From an uncultured bacterium (GTDB lineage Bacteria > Chloroflexota > UBA5177 > JANWHV01), in NCBI GenBank assembly GCA_963729625.1, contig CAVSOU010000008.1, forward strand, positions 192,001-256,000: 64,000 bases of DNA, given 5' to 3'. A program made the position numbers and the translations under genes. How positions within the stretch are numbered: the first letter of the stretch is position 1; every line of letters begins with the position of its first letter. A model generated the notes under the pieces. That model made no database searches. It had not been told where the DNA came from and saw only the letters and a list, made by a program, of their open reading frames with translations. Shown piece after piece: positions 61,662-64,000 of this stretch.

Positions 61662-61750
61662 GGGCCGTCCTCGCGCGCGGGGAGAGCGAGTCATCCAGGA
61701 TATGGGAAGCACGGCGACGACTGGGCCGTCCTCGCGCGCGGGGAGAGCGA
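61662..61750 (-). CRISPR. Type I-E-like mini-array without cas genes: two identical 28-bp repeats and a 33-bp spacer, with degenerate flanking repeats spanning 61521-61790
   Basis: gggccgtcctcgcgcgcggggagagcga at 61662-61689 and 61723-61750 (period 61); its reverse complement TCGCTCTCCCCGCGCGCGAGGACGGCCC resembles I-E repeats such as GTGTTCCCCGCGCCAGCGGGGATAAACCG. Confidence 0.65.
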
Positions 61751-61805
61751 AGCGCCGGATCTGCTGGGAATCCGGGGCTTGATCGGGCGACGCGCTTATG
61801 GCCGG

Positions 61806-62015
61806 CTAGTCGGGCTCTACCTCGCCGTCGATCACGTAGCTGCGATGGGTGCGGCGGATGTGGTAGACACTGCGAATGACCGCCAGGTCCTTGTCTATCT
61901 GCCGGCTGCTCATGCCGTAGTGCTCCGCCAGCGTCGCGCGGGTCCAGACGCCCGGCTCACGCAGGATGCGATGGGCGATCTGAACGCGGCGCTTGAAGGC
62001 GGACTTGACGCTCAT
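61806..62015 (-). CDS. Small HTH protein (HTH_11-like)
   Basis: RRVQIAHRILREPGVWTRATLAEHYGMSSRQIDKDLAVIR; start overlaps the upstream stop. Confidence 0.8.
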   Translation of the reverse strand: MSVKSAFKRRVQIAHRILREPGVWTRATLAEHYGMSSRQIDKDLAVIRSVYHIRRTHRSYVIDGEVEPD

Positions 62016-62254
62016 CAGCGCAGCTCAACCAGATAGTCATCAACTGCACCGTACTGTCGGTCGGCATTGACGGCGCGGAATGCGCGGTAGTTGTAGGGTC
62101 CCCAGCCCATGACTTCGGTCACGGCGATCTCGCCAACCTGATAGCGGTGGTCGAGATACTCGAGGTCTTGTCCCGTGACCTTGCTCTGCGGTGCGATTCG
62201 GTCGGTTGTCGCGTTGTAGTCGATGTACGCTGCTGCCCTGATATGCTCGTCCAT
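62015..62254 (-). CDS. Hypothetical protein (79 aa)
   Basis: RBS GAAGGAG; tightly coupled in the operon; acidic and aromatic composition. Confidence 0.7.
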   Translation of the reverse strand: MDEHIRAAAYIDYNATTDRIAPQSKVTGQDLEYLDHRYQVGEIAVTEVMGWGPYNYRAFRAVNADRQYGAVDDYLVELR

Positions 62255-62302
62255 CGTTCTTCCTTCTGCCCGGTTTCGCCGCCGGGCCCGGCACTGCCTT
62301 GG

Positions 62303-62914
62303 TCAGGCTCGCTGGACGCTCCCATTCCGGGACTGAGCATTGAACACCTTCACCAGCTCGGCGATCTCCGCGGCCGCCTCTTCCTGGGTGACGTTTGGCA
62401 CGATGGAGACAGGGCGGCCGAGGGCAGCCTGCAACTTGCCGATCTTGCTCAGTTGCTCCTGGGTGGCCACCCCTGACGGTACAACACTCGGCTTCGGCGC
62501 CGTGTGCGCGGTAGCCGGCGAAGCGCCTATGGCGGGATACGTGGGCATGTCGTCGTCGCCCAGCTCCTCGAGCGCGGCGCCGCCCACGTTCAGGGCGTCG
62601 CGCAGCGCGCGGGCCTTGGCGCGCGTCTCGGCCATGCGGATGTAGTGGGCGGCGACCATCTTGCCGGTGTTCTGCACATTGGCGTCGCCGATGCCGGTGT
62701 AGGTGCCGGCCTCGGTCGTCACTTCGGCCCAGACAATGGCCGTCCAGGCGTTGACCTCGGTCGGCGCCTGCTCGAGCTGCGTCCGGATGGCCTTCAGGCC
62801 CGAGCGGTGCGCCAGGTCGAGCAGGCCGGCATAGAGCACGAACTCTTTGCCGGCACGCTCGATGACGTAGCGGTGGTCGATCTTCTTGATCGTGCTGATG
62901 GCGTCGCCGTTCAT
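62303..62914 (-). CDS. Rad52/22-like single-strand annealing protein candidate
   Basis: GKEFVLYAGLLDLAH..AIVWAEV..TYTGIGDA..IRMAETRAKARALRDALNVG..EEL; C-terminal ATQEQLSKI. Confidence 0.65.
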   Translation of the reverse strand: MNGDAISTIKKIDHRYVIERAGKEFVLYAGLLDLAHRSGLKAIRTQLEQAPTEVNAWTAIVWAEVTTEAGTYTGIGDANVQNTGKMVAAHYIRMAETRAKARALRDALNVGGAALEELGDDDMPTYPAIGASPATAHTAPKPSVVPSGVATQEQLSKIGKLQAALGRPVSIVPNVTQEEAAAEIAELVKVFNAQSRNGSVQRA

Positions 62915-62916
62915 GG

Positions 62917-63141
62917 CTACCACCGTCCCTTTGCCGCCAGAGCGTGATACTCGTAGGTGTGGCCATCGTAGGAGTAGTCTAGATCGTGCCGGCGCGCCTC
63001 CGCGAACTGGGCCAGTGTCTCGCGTGCCAAGCAGTCCGGGCAGTGCATGCGTTCCTGCCAGGTGTCGCCGTCCGTGTACGGGTAGCGCTTCTGGCAACGC
63101 AAACACGTTGCCGTGGGATGCCAGGCTTCCTGTGCTACCAT
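62917..63141 (-). CDS. Small zinc-finger protein
   Basis: CLRC...CPDC; RBS GAAAGGA; first gene of the leftward operon. Confidence 0.7.
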   Translation of the reverse strand: MVAQEAWHPTATCLRCQKRYPYTDGDTWQERMHCPDCLARETLAQFAEARRHDLDYSYDGHTYEYHALAAKGRW

Positions 63142-63242
63142 AGTGTCTGAGTCCTTTCGACTCGGTGAGCGGCTCCCTAACTTTTCCAGGGTGGGGGAGC
63201 CGTTCGGCGTTTCAGGAGAGCTCATGCGCTCTGCCTGCTACC

Positions 63243-63318
63243 ATTATCTCATAGTGCGCGCGCACTTACAATAGTGTAAACGCACTATCTTGAAAGTGCG
63301 CGCGCGGTGTGCTATCGT
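63243..63318. promoter_or_regulatory. Divergent promoters with three related operators
   Basis: Leftward TTGTAA-N17-GATAAT; rightward TTGAAA(63290)-N17-TATCGT; operators AGTGcgcgcgCACT (63253), AGTGtaaacgCACT (63273) and AGTGcgcgcgCGGT (63295). Confidence 0.75.
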
Positions 63319-63337
63319 AGTCTCAGGAGGAGTTGCG

Positions 63338-63553
63338 ATGATGGCCGCAGCAAAGCGCGAGATGCCGCGTGGCGGGAAGCGCGCCAGGAAGGGTACCGGC
63401 CGCGCGCGCTCGAGCGGGCTAAACTTGCTCTTGAGCCCCGACCACAAGGCGTGTTTGACCGCTCTCGCCGAGGCGGAAGGCATCACCCGCACCGCCCTCA
63501 TCGAGCGCTGGATCGACGAGCACAGCTCCCAGCCCACGCAGGCGCCCCAGTAG
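63338..63553 (+). CDS. RHH/CopG family regulator
   Basis: LNLLLSPDHKACLTALAEAEGITRTALIERWI; RBS AGGAGG. Confidence 0.8.
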   Translation: MMAAAKREMPRGGKRARKGTGRARSSGLNLLLSPDHKACLTALAEAEGITRTALIERWIDEHSSQPTQAPQ

Positions 63554-63759
63554 GCGAATTTCGCGCTAGGGCCTCGAAAGCGGCCTCAGCGTGCCCTAGG
63601 ACCAACGTCACCGGTTCCTATGGTACACCAGGCGTCTGAGTAGCCCGCCTGCGAGGCATTCCTGGTTGCCCGCATTTGCTATTCGCCCTCGTACGGATCT
63701 TCGGCCTCCACGGATGAAGCCGCGCCTGCCACGACTTGGTGTGCGTGCTACGCGATAGG

Positions 63760-64000
63760 TCAGGGCAGAGGCATCTTGGTTTGACCGAGTACCTGAGGCG
63801 CCTCGATCCGAATCCCCGGTATCTGAACCTTACTCAGATCATCGTCCCAGGTTAGCAGAACATCGCAGCGAGCCCGCAAAGCGCAGGCTATATGCAAGGC
63901 ATCGAAAGGCCTTACACCGTAGTTTCGGCATAACCTGTTGGCGTCGATGCCTATCTGCATGTCCACCACAATCCATTGGAACAGCCGTCGCTGAAAGAAG
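63760..64000 (-). CDS. PIN domain protein (partial, starts beyond the window)
   Basis: GVRPFDALHIACAL..DVLLTWDDDL. Confidence 0.85.
   Translation of the reverse strand, partial: FFQRRLFQWIVVDMQIGIDANRLCRNYGVRPFDALHIACALRARCDVLLTWDDDLSKVQIPGIRIEAPQVLGQTKMPLP

Larger units (their letters stand above)
61486..64000. mobile_element. Left end of a putative integrated element (prophage, satellite or ICE) inserted in the terminase-like gene
   Basis: Abrupt loss of coding pattern at 61486, AT-rich junction, phage-type small genes, divergent switch, mini-array and PIN gene; no integrase visible in the window. Confidence 0.6.

Noticed and set aside
61690-61784. Full self-targeting match of the array spacers inside the window
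   Set aside because: None found by eye. A computational search is still needed.
60202-64000. Complete prophage call
   Set aside because: No integrase, portal, capsid or tail genes lie within the window, so only an element boundary can be supported.

Overview
High-GC bacterial chromosomal window, most consistent with Chloroflexota (inference from Pro/Thr-rich secreted proteins, Uma2 nucleases and a Chloroflexi-type terminase-like gene). Housekeeping genes include rpsP-khpA-rimM-trmD, gmd/rmd, a sigma-70 factor, lgt, and amino-acid and sugar ABC operons. They are interleaved with large secreted proteins (a probable pseudo-metalloprotease with 9-aa repeats, a thioester-less alpha-2-macroglobulin, a serpin, a frameshifted S53 peptidase) and small defence or TA modules (RelE, three PIN toxins, Mrr, Uma2, an RHS remnant). 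The most notable region is the right end (about 61.49-64 kb). There a terminase-like gene is cut exactly at its Walker A motif by what looks like an integrated element. That element carries a cas-less type I-E-like CRISPR mini-array with degenerate extra repeats, placed directly downstream of a small-gene operon (Zn-finger, Rad52-like annealing protein, unknown ORF, HTH), which sits opposite an RHH gene across a three-operator divergent switch. Also notable are a six-box DnaA cluster after trmD with no dnaA in the window and a roughly 190-nt 6S-like rod hairpin beside the sigma factor. All calls come from reading motifs by eye; no database searches or folding programs were run.
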